Source: an uncultured Parachlamydiaceae bacterium
GTDB taxonomy: Bacteria; Chlamydiota; Chlamydiia; Chlamydiales; Parachlamydiaceae
Length of the DNA stretch: 64,000 nucleotides
Assembly (NCBI GenBank): GCA_963742415.1
Contig: CAVULX010000003.1
Span: 672,001-736,000 of the forward strand
Direction of reading: 5' to 3'
Shown here in pieces: positions 54,041 through 64,000 of the stretch (its first letter is position 1; every line of letters starts with the position of its first letter). The position numbers and the translations under genes were made by a program. A model generated the notes under the pieces. The model ran no database searches. It was given only the letters and a program-made list of their open reading frames with translations, and was not told the DNA's origin.

Positions 54041-54097
54041 CTGTTTTTTGGCTCGCTCGCCAAAGCGATGGAAGCAGAAGAAAAATCATTGAGTGTT

Positions 54098-57000
54098 TTA
54101 TAGATCGCAAAAGAAGAATTGTGCCGGAACTTCCCAACAGGGCAGCAGAATAGGTACACACCAATGCACATCTTCTAAGAAGTCTGTCAGGAAGTAGTAA
54201 TCACTAGCCAGATTAAATTGTGAATCATAGACGCCAATGACCGCAAACACATGGGTCCCTTTTAATGGTTTAGGTGGCGGCGGCGGTGGTGGAGGAGGCG
54301 GAGGAGGAGGGGGCGGCGGAGGAGGTGGCGGGGGTGGAGGCGCTCCACAATCCTTGATCTTAACTCCATTGAAAAAAATCACGCATGGGGGATTCGGTGC
54401 ATAGGCATGGACAGTATTATCTATCGACGTACCGTTAAAGTCTGCTAAATCTACACCTCCCGCTATAATTTGTTGGGGTGTATTGACAAGGATCGGGCTG
54501 GAAAGACTTCCTACATTCCCATCGAGAGCGTTAAAGAAGGCAGTATTGGCAGAAACAACGTCGACAGGCCCACCCGCATTGAGGATTGAAGTTTGTGAAG
54601 TAAAGGAAGGGTTGACTAGATTCATCGGTCCGTTCAGTACAACGGACCCTGCGTTTACAGTAACCGTATTGATAGTGCCAACATTTGATAAAGTTCCCAA
54701 AAAGGCAAGACCTGATCCCGTATTAATTGTTATGTTTTCAAAGTTAGTGCCTTGTATCGTGTTGAATGAAAATTCCCCATTATTAGTCTCCACTAACAGG
54801 TCGGATCCACTATTAAGGTGTGTCACTGGGCTCGCAAAGGCGATAGATCCCCCATTAGTAAGAAGAGTCGTAAGTCCAGGATTGACGAAATCGGTGTCGG
54901 CTCCAGATGAATAAGTTTGCGTATGCGCAGCATAGATGGTATTCAAAAGAGAAATTGTATTGCTCGCCGTAAGACTAAGAGTTCCACTCATGATTACATT
55001 TGGAGATCCTATGCCATTTAAAGAAATATCGTGAGCTGAGGCGACTGTAAAATTCTGCAAAGGGATCGATGTCGAAAATGCAGTTGGGACATTAACATCG
55101 CCCATTCCCGCTGTGATAGAAATAGAATGGGTCCCTTCTAAGTCAGTTCCTAAAATGATATTTCCATTGCCTGAATTGAGGGTGAGATCCCCTGTCAGAG
55201 TAATCGGCCCTGAGAAACTAATATCATTTCCGCTAGTAGACAGATTACCGCCGATATTTGTAGTGCCAAGCCCCGTTTGAGTGAAAGGTCCGCTGAGTGC
55301 AAGCGTCAGATTGGGAAGGATAGTTAAGGAAGCCGAGTTCGTAATCGCGAATTTACCGCCGCCCGATGTTGTCACGTTGTCGTTGAGGGAAAATGAGGCA
55401 CCGCTGAGGGTGATGCCGGAAGCCCCTGTGGTGTTTAGAGCTCCATGGAAAGTTACGAGACCGGAAACACTTTCGATGTCGATCACGGAGGCGTTGATGG
55501 CATTGGATGTGAAAGCAGTGCATTCAAGGACTTGGAAAGTAGCAAGCGGGGTTGTTCCTCCCACATCACCTGTCAGAAGGATCGATCCTGAACCGGCATC
55601 GAGTACAAGATTATTCAATCCGTTGACCGTATTTGAAAGGATAATAGAGCTGCCTAAACCGTTGAGGTCAAAGAGAGAAGATCCAGTTAAAATGATAGGC
55701 CCGGTAAATAAAATTTGATTGCCTTGCACTTGAATAGTTGTATCAAGAGAAGTAGCCCCTTGGCCATTCTGACTAAAGTTTCCTGCTAAATTAATGGGAG
55801 CAGAGCTTAGAAGAGACAATGCGCCTGAGTTGTTTATCGAAAGAGAGCCGATACCTGTAGTTGTGACTAGGGCATCGAAGGTAAAGTCTGTGCCTGTGAG
55901 GTTTATGCCGCTTGGAAGAGTTGTCGTTAACGCTCCGTTGAAGGTTGTCATTCCATCGCCCGAATTTTGGATGATGAACCCAGCTGAGATAGCTTGAGTC
56001 GAAACATTGTTTGCTGTCGTAATAGTCAGTGATGATATCGGGGTCGTGCCTCCGATATTTGCCGCAAGGGTTAAATTTCCTGTACCGGCAGTATAAACTA
56101 GATCAAAGGGCCCATCAATTGTGTTAGAGATGAGAATATCACCTCCACCGTCACTATTCAGAGTTGTTGCACCCGTCAGGGTAATCGGATTGGCAAAAGA
56201 GATGTTCGCGTTGTTTGCGTGAATTGTGCCCGCAAGGTTGACTGTGCCGCCCGTTCCACTTTCTGTGAAAGGGCCTGCGATAAGAGTCGAGGTTCCTGCA
56301 TTTAACGATAATAATCCAGTATGAGTGATTGCACAGGGACCGCTATTTGTGGAAACAAGAGAACCTGTAAGGGCAAAGTTGGTACCGTTCATGTTGATGC
56401 CGGAAGAACCATTCGTATCGATATTCCCTAAAATCGTTGTGGTTCCGGAACCCACGTTCTGTGTGATAGAGGCTGCGGTAATATCAGAAGTTGCGATGTT
56501 GCTTGCTTGGGAAAAAGTGATAGCGCCAAGACGAGATGAGCCTCCAACCATGCCTTGAATACTAATAGAACCTGAGCCTGCATTGAATGTAATGTTTCCG
56601 GGTCCATCGAGAGTGCTTTCAAGGGTGATTGGGCTGGCAGCTGAAGTAAGTGATGCTGTTCCAGAAGCACTGACAGGCCCCGAAAGACTAATCGAGCTTG
56701 ATGAATTAAGCGAGCTGCTAAGAATAGAAGCTCCGGCTCCGTTCTGAGTAAATGCGCCGGAGGAGCTACAAGCATTGGAAAGGGTGAAAAGGCCCGAATT
56801 GGAGATCGCTATAGGGCCTGAAGCTATCGTCGTTACAGGTCCAGTAAATTCGAAATTGTTTCCCGCCAATGAAATGCCGCTTAAGGTACTGCTGTTGACC
56901 ATTCCGGCCAAAATCGTTGTACCTGATCCTCCGACTTGGGTGATTGAAGCCGCATTGATTGCAGCTAAAGTTGCATTATTCGTTTGTGTGATGGTCAAAG

Positions 57001-60000
57001 CATTTAAAGGAGCAAGAGATCCAATCGAAGCTGCAGTGGTAATATTGCCTGTACCGCTATTTAATGTGAGGTTTTGGGTGCCATCGACTAAACCATTGAA
57101 GGTGATATTTCCTGCACCGGATCCGCTATTCAATGTAGTTGCAGCTGCAAGAGTGATAGGGCCTGTGAACCCAATGGCTGCATTGCTTGTCAGCGCACTT
57201 CCCCCGATAGACACAGGGCCTATGCCTGTCTGATTAAACGGCCCTGCCGATTGAATTACTCCTGGAGCAATGGAAGTGAAAGTTCCGGTGTTGGCCACAG
57301 TAATGCCGCCAGTACCAGCCGCCGTCCATGCAGCATCTCGAATTATATCAGTTCCTGTAAGATTGATACCTAAAGAGCCGTTGGTCGTAATTGCACCGTT
57401 AAAAGTCGACGTATTAGAGCCGCTAATTTGGGTGACCGAAGAAGCGGTAATTGCTTGGGCCATGACATTTGCAGCTGAATTTATGGTGATATCTCCTAAA
57501 GGAGTCGTGCTTCCGAGAGGTGAACTCAGAATAATATCGCCAGTTCCGGCAGTGAAGTTAAGAGAGGAGCCTCCATTAACCGTCCCGGATAAAATGATAT
57601 CTCCGCTTCCGGCTCCTGTATCGAATCCTCCCCCGGCAAGGAGAGTAATGGGGCTTGTGAAGGAGATGTTGTGGTCATTGGTGGTGATCGTTCCGGCGAA
57701 AAAGACAGGACCTGTTCCATTTTGCGTATAGCTGCCGTCAATGGAAGTTGTGTTGATGGAAGTACCAGTAATGAACCCCGAATTGGTCACAGTAAAATTG
57801 CCTCCGCCCGTCGTGATTAAAGAGCCGCTTCGAATAAAGTTTACCCCTATCAGAGTAATCCCTGCAGAACCGCTTGAACTGAGATTTCCAACAATCTGCA
57901 TGGTTCCTGTGGCTGTTGCATTCAGGGAGTTGCAAGCAAAGTTCTGGATCGAAATATTTCCTGCGCTAGCCACTGTCGTTGAACCGAGCGGCGTAATTCC
58001 CCCCGCATTCGCTAAGAGAGTGATATTCCCGTTACCTGCTCTTAACGTCCAATTGCCCGCTCCATTTAAGGTGTTAGAAAAGGTGATCGCTTGATTGTTA
58101 CTCGAGGTGTCCATTAAACATGTGCCCGATAACACAACGGGACCTGCAAAGGAGATCCCCCCTTGGTTCGGTGTGACAGAACCTGAAAAATTCGTAGAAC
58201 CTGCGCCATTTTGAATAAACGATCCATCTGGGTTTGCAGTCCCGGCAAAAGTAAATAGGCCGCTATTGTGGACGGTAATGGAAGAACCCGTCGTTGTTTG
58301 AATCGAACCGCTATTTTGAACATTTAGGTTCGTTCCTGTGAACTGAAATCCGATATTATTCACAATAGATACAGCACCTGAAATTGTGGTTGTCCCAGAA
58401 CCTGCTGATTGAATTAACCCATTGACAGCCATATTCCCGATAGAAACATTTCTTGCACTCGAGATGGTTAAAAGGTTTGGACGCACCAGAAAATTACTTC
58501 CGACAGATCCCGAGAAGGTAATATCGCCCGTGCCTGCAGCAAGAGTGAGGTTTTGTGTGTCGGGCGAGGAGCCGTTAACGGTACTAGAAAACGTGATATT
58601 TCCTCCGGCACCCGTTGAAATGACAGAATTGGTGTTGAGCACAACAGATGAAGGGAATGTAAGAGGATTATTGATGGTGGCAATATTACCGCCCACATTG
58701 AGTGTCGAAGAGGGAGCTAGCGAAATCGAATTTGCAATTAGAGCGCCTCCTAGTGTTAAATTTGCACCTGACAAAGAAGCTGAGGCAAATTCTCTATCTG
58801 CAGCAAGACCAATGGCCCCCACTTGGATATTGCCGGATCCGCTAGAAAGGACCAGGTTCCGGCCGCTATTTTGGCCGGCTCGGATCGAAAGAGTAGTTAA
58901 AATGCCGCCAGCTGTATTGAGTGTTAAGTCTGTTCCTGTTCCGAGATTGACAGTTCCATTTTGGAAAGAGAGGTCAGCGCCATTTGAAGAGATCGTCGTC
59001 AAAGCGCCGCTATTCATATTAAATTGTGTGGGAGCATTATAAGTTTGAGCACCGGCATTGTAAGTGGTGCCATTGAATTGAATGGCGCCGCTGGCTGTTA
59101 TTAATGTATCTCCGGTGATACCCTGAGAGGCTCCGCCCATATTGGAAAGTGCAATCTGATTTCCAGTGATTGTCAAAGAAGAAAGGGGAGTGGAATTACC
59201 GATCGGTTGTGTGATCGAGACATTCCCCCCACCTGCCGTAATCGTGAAGGCGTGAGCTCCGTCGACAGTATTTGCGATTGATACGCCTCCTGTACCACCG
59301 CTGGAATCCAGGGCCACATCTCCTACTAACGTAAAGGGGCTAATGATCGTAAAGCCGCCGTTCGCAGAGATTACTCCTCCCAGGTTAACTGTACCTGTAC
59401 TACCGGGGAGCTGCTTCCACTGCCCATCAATATTAGATGTATTGCTCTGAGTTCCGGTTATAGCACCTGAATTGAGGAAAACTAGACTTCCTCCGTTTGT
59501 CGTTACCAAAGAACCCTGTCTAAAGAATTTGTTTCCTGTGAGACTAATACCTTCAGGACCATTTGTATCGAATGTACCGATCAATGAGAATTGGTTGGTC
59601 AAAACCTGTTGGGTGAAGGAACTAGCTTTCACAGTGGCAAAATTTGCATCATGAGCGCTAACGATTAAAACATCTCCTAGACGAATATTTGCTCCGATAT
59701 CTCCGGTAACATTAATGTCACCAGCGCCTGCTATCACGGTAAACGGAAATGCCCCATCAACGGTATTGGAAAGGGCTATATTTCCAGATCCAGCGCCGCT
59801 GTTCAAGGCTGCAGCTGCAGTGAGCGTAATAGGCCCTGTAAAAGAGAGATCTTGATTTGCTGTTTCAACCGTTCCGGCTAAAGATACAGCGCCGCTTCCA
59901 GTTTGACTAAAGGCACCCGTTGAAGAGAGAGTTTGACCTGAGAGTGTAAGGGTTCCTGTGTTGGCAATCGAAAGTGGGCCTGCCGATGTGGCGCTCCCAA

Positions 60001-63000
60001 TAAGAGTAAAGGCAGTTCCTGTCAGGTTAATGCCGCTGAGACCATTGGCGGTAAGATTGCCATTGAATGTGCTAAGGCTGGAACCCAAGGTTTGCGTAAT
60101 GGAGCCAGCTTTAATGTCTTTAGTAGAAACAGCTCCTGCGCTATTGATGGTGAATGCTGTCAGGCTTGTGCCAACCCCAATATCAGATGAAAAGGTGAGG
60201 TTTCCTGTTCCAAGTGTGCAGGTGAGAGAACCAGGACCGTCGACAGTATTCAAAAACTGGATGGAACTGTTATTGGAAGATGAATCTATTGTCGCTATTC
60301 CTGAAGCAACGACGGAAATAGGCCCCTGGAAAGAAACCGAGTTCCCGGTTGCAAGTGAACCCTGGAGGGATACAGCGCCTGCTCCATTTTGGATAAAAGC
60401 GCCGGCAATATGAAGATTTGCAGATGGACCAAAGGCTAATGTGCCTGAGTTCGTAACATTCATCCCTGCTCCGGTACTCATAGAAGTCGTTGTCACCGAG
60501 CCGTTGACTACAAAACTGATGCCAGTCAAACTGATACCGGCGACACCATTGGTATTGATGTTACCAGCAAAGGTCGTTGAGTCGCTCCCTAATTGAGAGA
60601 TCGCTGCGGCGGTAACATCTCCAGTAGTGACATTTTCAGCAGAGTTGATCGTCAGCGTCCCAATTCGAGTTCCTCCTCCGACGGCGCTGCCGAATGTAAT
60701 GTTTCCTTCACCTGTAGTAAGGTTCAAATCATTTGCACCATCAACAGTGCCTGTGAAACTGATACTTCCTGAGCCACTACCTGTATTCAACGTTGTAGCT
60801 CCCGTCAAGGTGATAGCACCGCCAAAAGAAATATCATCATTCGATGTTGAGATCGATCCGCTTAAAGAGGCTGCTCCACCACTTTGGATAAAGCTTCCAT
60901 CAGCTTGTATCGATGCTCCTTGAGTCCAAGTGCCGGCATTTGCAATGGCAATTGGCCCTTCACTCGAAGTGGTGAGGGAGCCATTTTGCACTATCGTTGT
61001 CCCCGTCAATGAGATGCCGTTGGAACCGGAGGCGTTCATAGGTCCCGAAATGAGAGTCGTGCCAGAACTTTCCTGTTGTTCGATAGAAGCAGCAGAGACA
61101 CCTTGATAGGTAATGTTTGCTGCATTTTGCACGGTAAATGAATTTAAGGAATCTTGGTCGCCCACGTTGTCTAAAAATAAAAGATCTCCTGTTCCCGCAA
61201 TCAAGTTGAGGTTGTGAACTCCATTGATCTCGCCGTTAAACGTGAGGTTACCGGCTCCCGAGCTATTTGATATCACTGTTGTCCCCGCTAAATCCACAGG
61301 GCTAGCAATCGAGATCGCTCCCCCTGTCGTGAGAAGAGTGCCCGAAAGAGCCACGCTGCCGCTGCCGCTTTGGGTAAATGATCCAGAAATCGAGGAGCTT
61401 GGTCCACCTGTAAGGGTCAGTTGGCCGCCATTAGAAATCGAGACCGCTCCCCCCGACGTAGTAACAAGATTTCCGTTGATCGAGAATGTGATGCCTGTAA
61501 GAGAAATGCCCCCTGCAAGGCTCGTATTTAGAGAACCGAGAGCCGTGGTTCCTGAACCTGCTGACTGTGTAATCGTTGCTGCTGTGATGTTTTGAATCGT
61601 CACATTCTGGGCATTATCAATCGTGAAGTCGCCTATTTCAGTAATTCCCCCAATATTTCCAGCTATGAGTAGATCTCCAACTGTGCCTAAATTGAGTTCC
61701 AAAGAGCTTGAGCCATCGATTGTGCTGGAGAAAGTGATATTCGTCGAGTTAGCGGAAGTATCAAGAACTGCCAGATTGGCGAGGGTTGCCGCCCCAGCAA
61801 AAGAGATATTCCCATTTGCTGTGATGCTACCACCCAGCGTTACCGCCCCATTGCCCGACTGACTGAATGCACCATCCACGGAAAGTGAAGCTGCACCTCC
61901 TAATGCTAATGTTCCAGTATTGGTGATTGCAATAGGACCTGATGCAGTTGTTACCATGCTATTGTTCACTGCAAACGCATTGCCTGTAAGTTTAATTCCG
62001 CTCACAGAATTAACATCAATCGCACCATCAAAGGTCGTCGTGCCAGTTCCGGCAACTTGTGTCAAGGAAGCAGCACTAACAGCCCCTGTGGCGACATCAC
62101 CCGCACTTTCTATGGTGATATTACCGACCCTTGCCACGCCTCCAATGCTACCTGAGAAAGTAACATCTCCAATTCCGGCGGTTAAATCGAGATCGTAAGG
62201 TTGATCCAGTGTATTCAAAAATGTTATATCTGCTCCTGTTAAGCTCACAGTGTTGATCGCTAAGTCACTACTCAAATCAACAGCTCCAGCAAAAGAAACA
62301 ACATCATCGGTCGTTTGAATATTTCCGCCAATCGACACACTTCCTGCGCCAGTTTGCTGGAAGGCTCCATCAAGATTGAAGACTGCCCCGTTTCCCGTAA
62401 AAGTGCCGGAATTATTGAAAATGGCTGGAGCTTCATTTGTGGTGAGTGTAGATCCCGCGACCGAAATATTGTTTGTCTCGATATTGATTCCTCCCGCAAT
62501 GGCTTCGATTCCAGCAGAGATTGTCGTCGTGCCAGCACCATTCGTTTGTGACAAAGAACCCACAGTCATTTCCTGGCTGATGATTACATCTTGACCCGTC
62601 CCGATAGAAAGTGAAGTCAGAGGAACAGAATTACCAACCAACCCATTAAATGTTAATGAGTTTCCAGTCCCTGGATTGATTGTTACATTGCGGCTTCCTA
62701 CTCCGTCTCCATTGACAATGTTGTTGAATATAAAGCTTCCTCCTGAAAAGACAATATTATCTGCGGTGATCACAACAGGAGAGTTGTAAGTTAGGGGGCC
62801 AAGCTGATCTGTGCTTATAAAAGTAATCGTTGGAGACTGAAAGACAGGGGCTGTTGTTGAAAAAATGGGATCTGGGTGGTTGATGGTGCCGCCGGTGATC
62901 GTCACACTATTAACATCATTCCCCGAGGTTCCGATCTGAGCCACCGTCACAGTTCCCAAAATAGCGTCGAGAGTGATATTCTGCCCGGGCCCTGTAAGAT

Positions 63001-64000
63001 TTGTCAAAGTAATATTACCATTATTGCTATCGACCGTAAAATCAGTACCCGTGCTCAAAGCAATTGTCCCTGTGTTAAATGCAATCGCACCGCCACCCGA
63101 TGTAATAGTAGTCGGAGCTCCTGATGTGTAATTGAAGTTGAAGCCTGCCGTATAGTTTTGGGCGCCTCCTGTATAAGTAGTTCCTGTAAAATTAATAGCA
63201 TCGGTCGCACTGATTGTAAGATTTCCAGTAGAAGCGGAAGGGGAGGTACCGAAATTAGCAAGCGTCACGTCTTGGCCGCTGATCGAAAAAGTTGTCAAAG
63301 GGATAATTCCTCCGATCGTACCACCTAAAGTCACACTTCCCGACCCGGCTGACAGAGTCAGATTTCTTCCTGAAATATCCCCATTAATTGTTCCTGTGAT
63401 GGAAATATCCCCGCTACCGCTCCCGCTGCTCAAAGTGATATTGTTCGTCGTTGTTCTGGTGACATTACCTGTGATCGTGATATCGCTATTAGTCGTTGTA
63501 ATGTTTCCGCCCAGGTTCACTGCACCTGTCAAAGCAACTGCAGAAGAGGTTGTAATTGCCGCCGGTTGGATGATAGAGCTGGCTGTAGCCGAGAGGCAGT
63601 TAAGGGGGGTGGTACCTCCGAGCTGATTCAAAAATTGAATGGTTCCTGTCCCTGCAGTTAAAGTTAAGCAATAGGGGCCATCAACTGTATTGGAGAAGAG
63701 GATGTTACCAATACTTGCTCCAGTATCCATCACTACGTCGTGGGTCAGTGTAATAGGATCTGCCCAGCTTACATTGTCATTTGTCGTGGTGACATCTGCA
63801 CCTAATGAAACGAGGCCACCTCCAGATTCTGTGAATGGGCCATCGATTGAAATTGCTGAACCAAAAGGAACCGTTAGAGTACCTGAGTGAACAATCGAAA
63901 GCGGCCCGCTGTTCGTTGTCGTCACAGTAGAGTCAAATGCAACTTGATTAGCAGAAATTGAAATCCCTGTTCCTCCCGTCGTAGATAAAGCCCCGCCAAA
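54098..64000 (-). CDS. Giant repetitive beta-helical adhesin-like protein (>3300 aa; 5' end outside the window)
   Basis: Frame stays open to 64000 (FGGALSTTGGTGISISANQVAFDSTV...); G/T/S/N-rich with about 18 copies of a (D/N)G...L.L.AG.G.I.F motif; no C-terminal autotransporter barrel. Confidence 0.88.
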   Translation of the reverse strand, partial: FGGALSTTGGTGISISANQVAFDSTVTTTNSGPLSIVHSGTLTVPFGSAISIDGPFTESGGGLVSLGADVTTTNDNVSWADPITLTHDVVMDTGASIGNILFSNTVDGPYCLTLTAGTGTIQFLNQLGGTTPLNCLSATASSIIQPAAITTSSAVALTGAVNLGGNITTTNSDITITGNVTRTTTNNITLSSGSGSGDISITGTINGDISGRNLTLSAGSGSVTLGGTIGGIIPLTTFSISGQDVTLANFGTSPSASTGNLTISATDAINFTGTTYTGGAQNYTAGFNFNYTSGAPTTITSGGGAIAFNTGTIALSTGTDFTVDSNNGNITLTNLTGPGQNITLDAILGTVTVAQIGTSGNDVNSVTITGGTINHPDPIFSTTAPVFQSPTITFISTDQLGPLTYNSPVVITADNIVFSGGSFIFNNIVNGDGVGSRNVTINPGTGNSLTFNGLVGNSVPLTSLSIGTGQDVIISQEMTVGSLSQTNGAGTTTISAGIEAIAGGINIETNNISVAGSTLTTNEAPAIFNNSGTFTGNGAVFNLDGAFQQTGAGSVSIGGNIQTTDDVVSFAGAVDLSSDLAINTVSLTGADITFLNTLDQPYDLDLTAGIGDVTFSGSIGGVARVGNITIESAGDVATGAVSAASLTQVAGTGTTTFDGAIDVNSVSGIKLTGNAFAVNNSMVTTASGPIAITNTGTLALGGAASLSVDGAFSQSGNGAVTLGGSITANGNISFAGAATLANLAVLDTSANSTNITFSSTIDGSSSLELNLGTVGDLLIAGNIGGITEIGDFTIDNAQNVTIQNITAATITQSAGSGTTALGSLNTSLAGGISLTGITFSINGNLVTTSGGAVSISNGGQLTLTGGPSSSISGSFTQSGSGSVALSGTLLTTGGAISIASPVDLAGTTVISNSSGAGNLTFNGEINGVHNLNLIAGTGDLLFLDNVGDQDSLNSFTVQNAANITYQGVSAASIEQQESSGTTLISGPMNASGSNGISLTGTTIVQNGSLTTSSEGPIAIANAGTWTQGASIQADGSFIQSGGAASLSGSISTSNDDISFGGAITLTGATTLNTGSGSGSISFTGTVDGANDLNLTTGEGNITFGSAVGGGTRIGTLTINSAENVTTGDVTAAAISQLGSDSTTFAGNINTNGVAGISLTGISFVVNGSVTTTSMSTGAGMNVTNSGTLAFGPSANLHIAGAFIQNGAGAVSLQGSLATGNSVSFQGPISVVASGIATIDSSSNNSSIQFLNTVDGPGSLTCTLGTGNLTFSSDIGVGTSLTAFTINSAGAVSTKDIKAGSITQTLGSSLSTFNGNLTANGLSGINLTGTAFTLIGSATSAGPLSIANTGTLTLSGQTLSSTGAFSQTGSGAVSLAGTVETANQDLSFTGPITLTAAAALNSGAGSGNIALSNTVDGAFPFTVIAGAGDINVTGDIGANIRLGDVLIVSAHDANFATVKASSFTQQVLTNQFSLIGTFDTNGPEGISLTGNKFFRQGSLVTTNGGSLVFLNSGAITGTQSNTSNIDGQWKQLPGSTGTVNLGGVISANGGFTIISPFTLVGDVALDSSGGTGGVSIANTVDGAHAFTITAGGGNVSITQPIGNSTPLSSLTITGNQIALSNMGGASQGITGDTLITASGAIQFNGTTYNAGAQTYNAPTQFNMNSGALTTISSNGADLSFQNGTVNLGTGTDLTLNTAGGILTTLSIRAGQNSGRNLVLSSGSGNIQVGAIGLAADREFASASLSGANLTLGGALIANSISLAPSSTLNVGGNIATINNPLTFPSSVVLNTNSVISTGAGGNITFSSTVNGSSPDTQNLTLAAGTGDITFSGSVGSNFLVRPNLLTISSARNVSIGNMAVNGLIQSAGSGTTTISGAVSIVNNIGFQFTGTNLNVQNSGSIQTTTGSSITVHNSGLFTFAGTANPDGSFIQNGAGSTNFSGSVTPNQGGISFAGPVVLSGTCLMDTSSNNQAITFSNTLNGAGNWTLRAGNGNITLLANAGGITPLGSTTVASAGNISIQNFACNSLNATATGTMQIVGNLSSSGSAGITLIGVNFIRSGSLITTGGGNFTVTNSGFITGTSINTTSIDGSYTQNGTGPVFFAGTITTNDHNISFTSPITLLAGGGFDTGAGSGDIILSGTVNGGSSLNFTAGTGDIILSSPLGSTTPLGDITINSAANVMAQAITASSVTQISGSNTSTFNGAITTNGSLGINLTGTDIIRDAAWTAAGTGGITVANTGTFTSIAPGVIQSAGPFNQTGIGPVSIGGSALTSNAAIGFTGPITLAAATTLNSGSGAGNITFNGLVDGTQNLTLNSGTGNITTAASIGSLAPLNALTITQTNNATLAAINAASITQVGGSGTTILAGMVNSSTLSGISLAGNNFEFTGPVTTIASGPIAISNSGLFTLSNACSSSGAFTQNGAGASILSSSLNSSSSISLSGPVSASGTASLTSAASPITLESTLDGPGNITFNAGSGSISIQGMVGGSSRLGAITFSQASNIATSDITAASITQNVGSGTTTILGNIDTNGSSGINMNGTNFALTGSLVSTNSGPCAITHTGLLSLNAGTSTLIAGPFTESGTGGTVNLAGTIHANNANISFANPITLTGATTLNSDGGGDILISNTIDGPFDLVYTAGTGNLTLAANIGGTTPISSLTITTANNVSTQAISAGFIIQNSGDGMTTFNGALTTTLPSGINLTGTDFTFDALVTTTGIGSLSINNSGALSLLSSAPINLAGNFSQNGQGATSLDTTIQVQGNQILFTGPIILTGSSLFDLNGLGSSIILSNTVNGLNNLVLDAGSGSILLTGDVGGTTPLATFQVLECTAFTSNAINASVIDIESVSGLVTFHGALNTTGASGITLSGASFSLNDNVTTSGGGKFAITNSASLTILPNLTLALSGPFTQTGLGTTNIGGNLSTSGNDISFSGPITLTGDLTLNSGNGNIILGTDLEGTHSISITAGMGDVNVPTAFSTSIPLQNFTVASAHDISLNGIGSPNVIMSGTLSLTASNTISLLNTIYAAHTQTYSSGADTDFVNPGLTTLLTNGGSIAFASPVTHLNSGSDLLVETNNGEFSFNTIQGTNFENITINTGSGLAFLGTLSNVGTINTVTVNAGSVVLNGPMNLVNPSFTSQTSILNAGGPVDVVSANTAFFNALDGNVGSLSSPILVNTPQQIIAGGVDLADFNGTSIDNTVHAYAPNPPCVIFFNGVKIKDCGAPPPPPPPPPPPPPPPPPPPPPPPKPLKGTHVFAVIGVYDSQFNLASDYYFLTDFLEDVHWCVPILLPCWEVPAQFFFCDL
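54272..54340 (-). repeat. 23 consecutive proline codons
   Basis: Counted from the DNA; all four Pro codons are used. Confidence 0.95.

Noticed and set aside
53878..54171. 97-aa ORF as an intact gene
   Set aside because: Chimera of an alternative adhesin frame, junction DNA and the aldolase scar.
54483..63890. Many 60-200 aa plus-strand ORFs opposite the adhesin
   Set aside because: Antisense shadows of a G/T/S/N-biased repetitive gene; no RBS or recognisable domains.
54098..64000. Calling the giant protein a chlamydial Pmp autotransporter
   Set aside because: No C-terminal beta-barrel or terminal Phe; GGA(I/V) and FxxN are sporadic rather than regularly paired.

Overview
64-kb window from an AT-rich bacterial chromosome, most likely an environmental chlamydia (Parachlamydiales-like). 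The evidence is a chlamydial-type long GreA divergent from a CT635-like gene, a stand-alone nqrA, chlamydial-type pseudopilin genes, and LRR/coiled-coil effector-like ORFs. In order, the window holds: the end of a type II secretion pseudopilin operon; a surface-polysaccharide cluster (GT2, Gfo/Idh/MocA-epimerase fusion, Wzy/WaaL-like, GT4, membrane-anchored glycoside hydrolase, GT2, plus a further GT2 about 9 kb away); a nonsense-disrupted serine hydrolase; a signal-peptide-bearing Rhs protein with a lipase-like tip coupled to a lipoprotein immunity candidate; an effector-like AT-rich patch with a kdoO-like stub and a possible decayed tRNA-type att site; housekeeping genes (ruvA, nagZ, mutY, bcp, greA, rdgB, NYN, metNIQ, yjbH-like, nqrA); a DUF4143-type ATPase and a remnant that share a tandem palindromic operator; glgP and class I aldolase 3' scars; and the 3' part of a >3300-aa beta-helical adhesin with hierarchical repeats and 23 consecutive prolines. 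Three small palindromic repeat types sit at gene ends, and several supply the stop codon. Several single-base indels, including one in greA, may be assembly errors. All family assignments come from motif recognition by eye; no searches were run.
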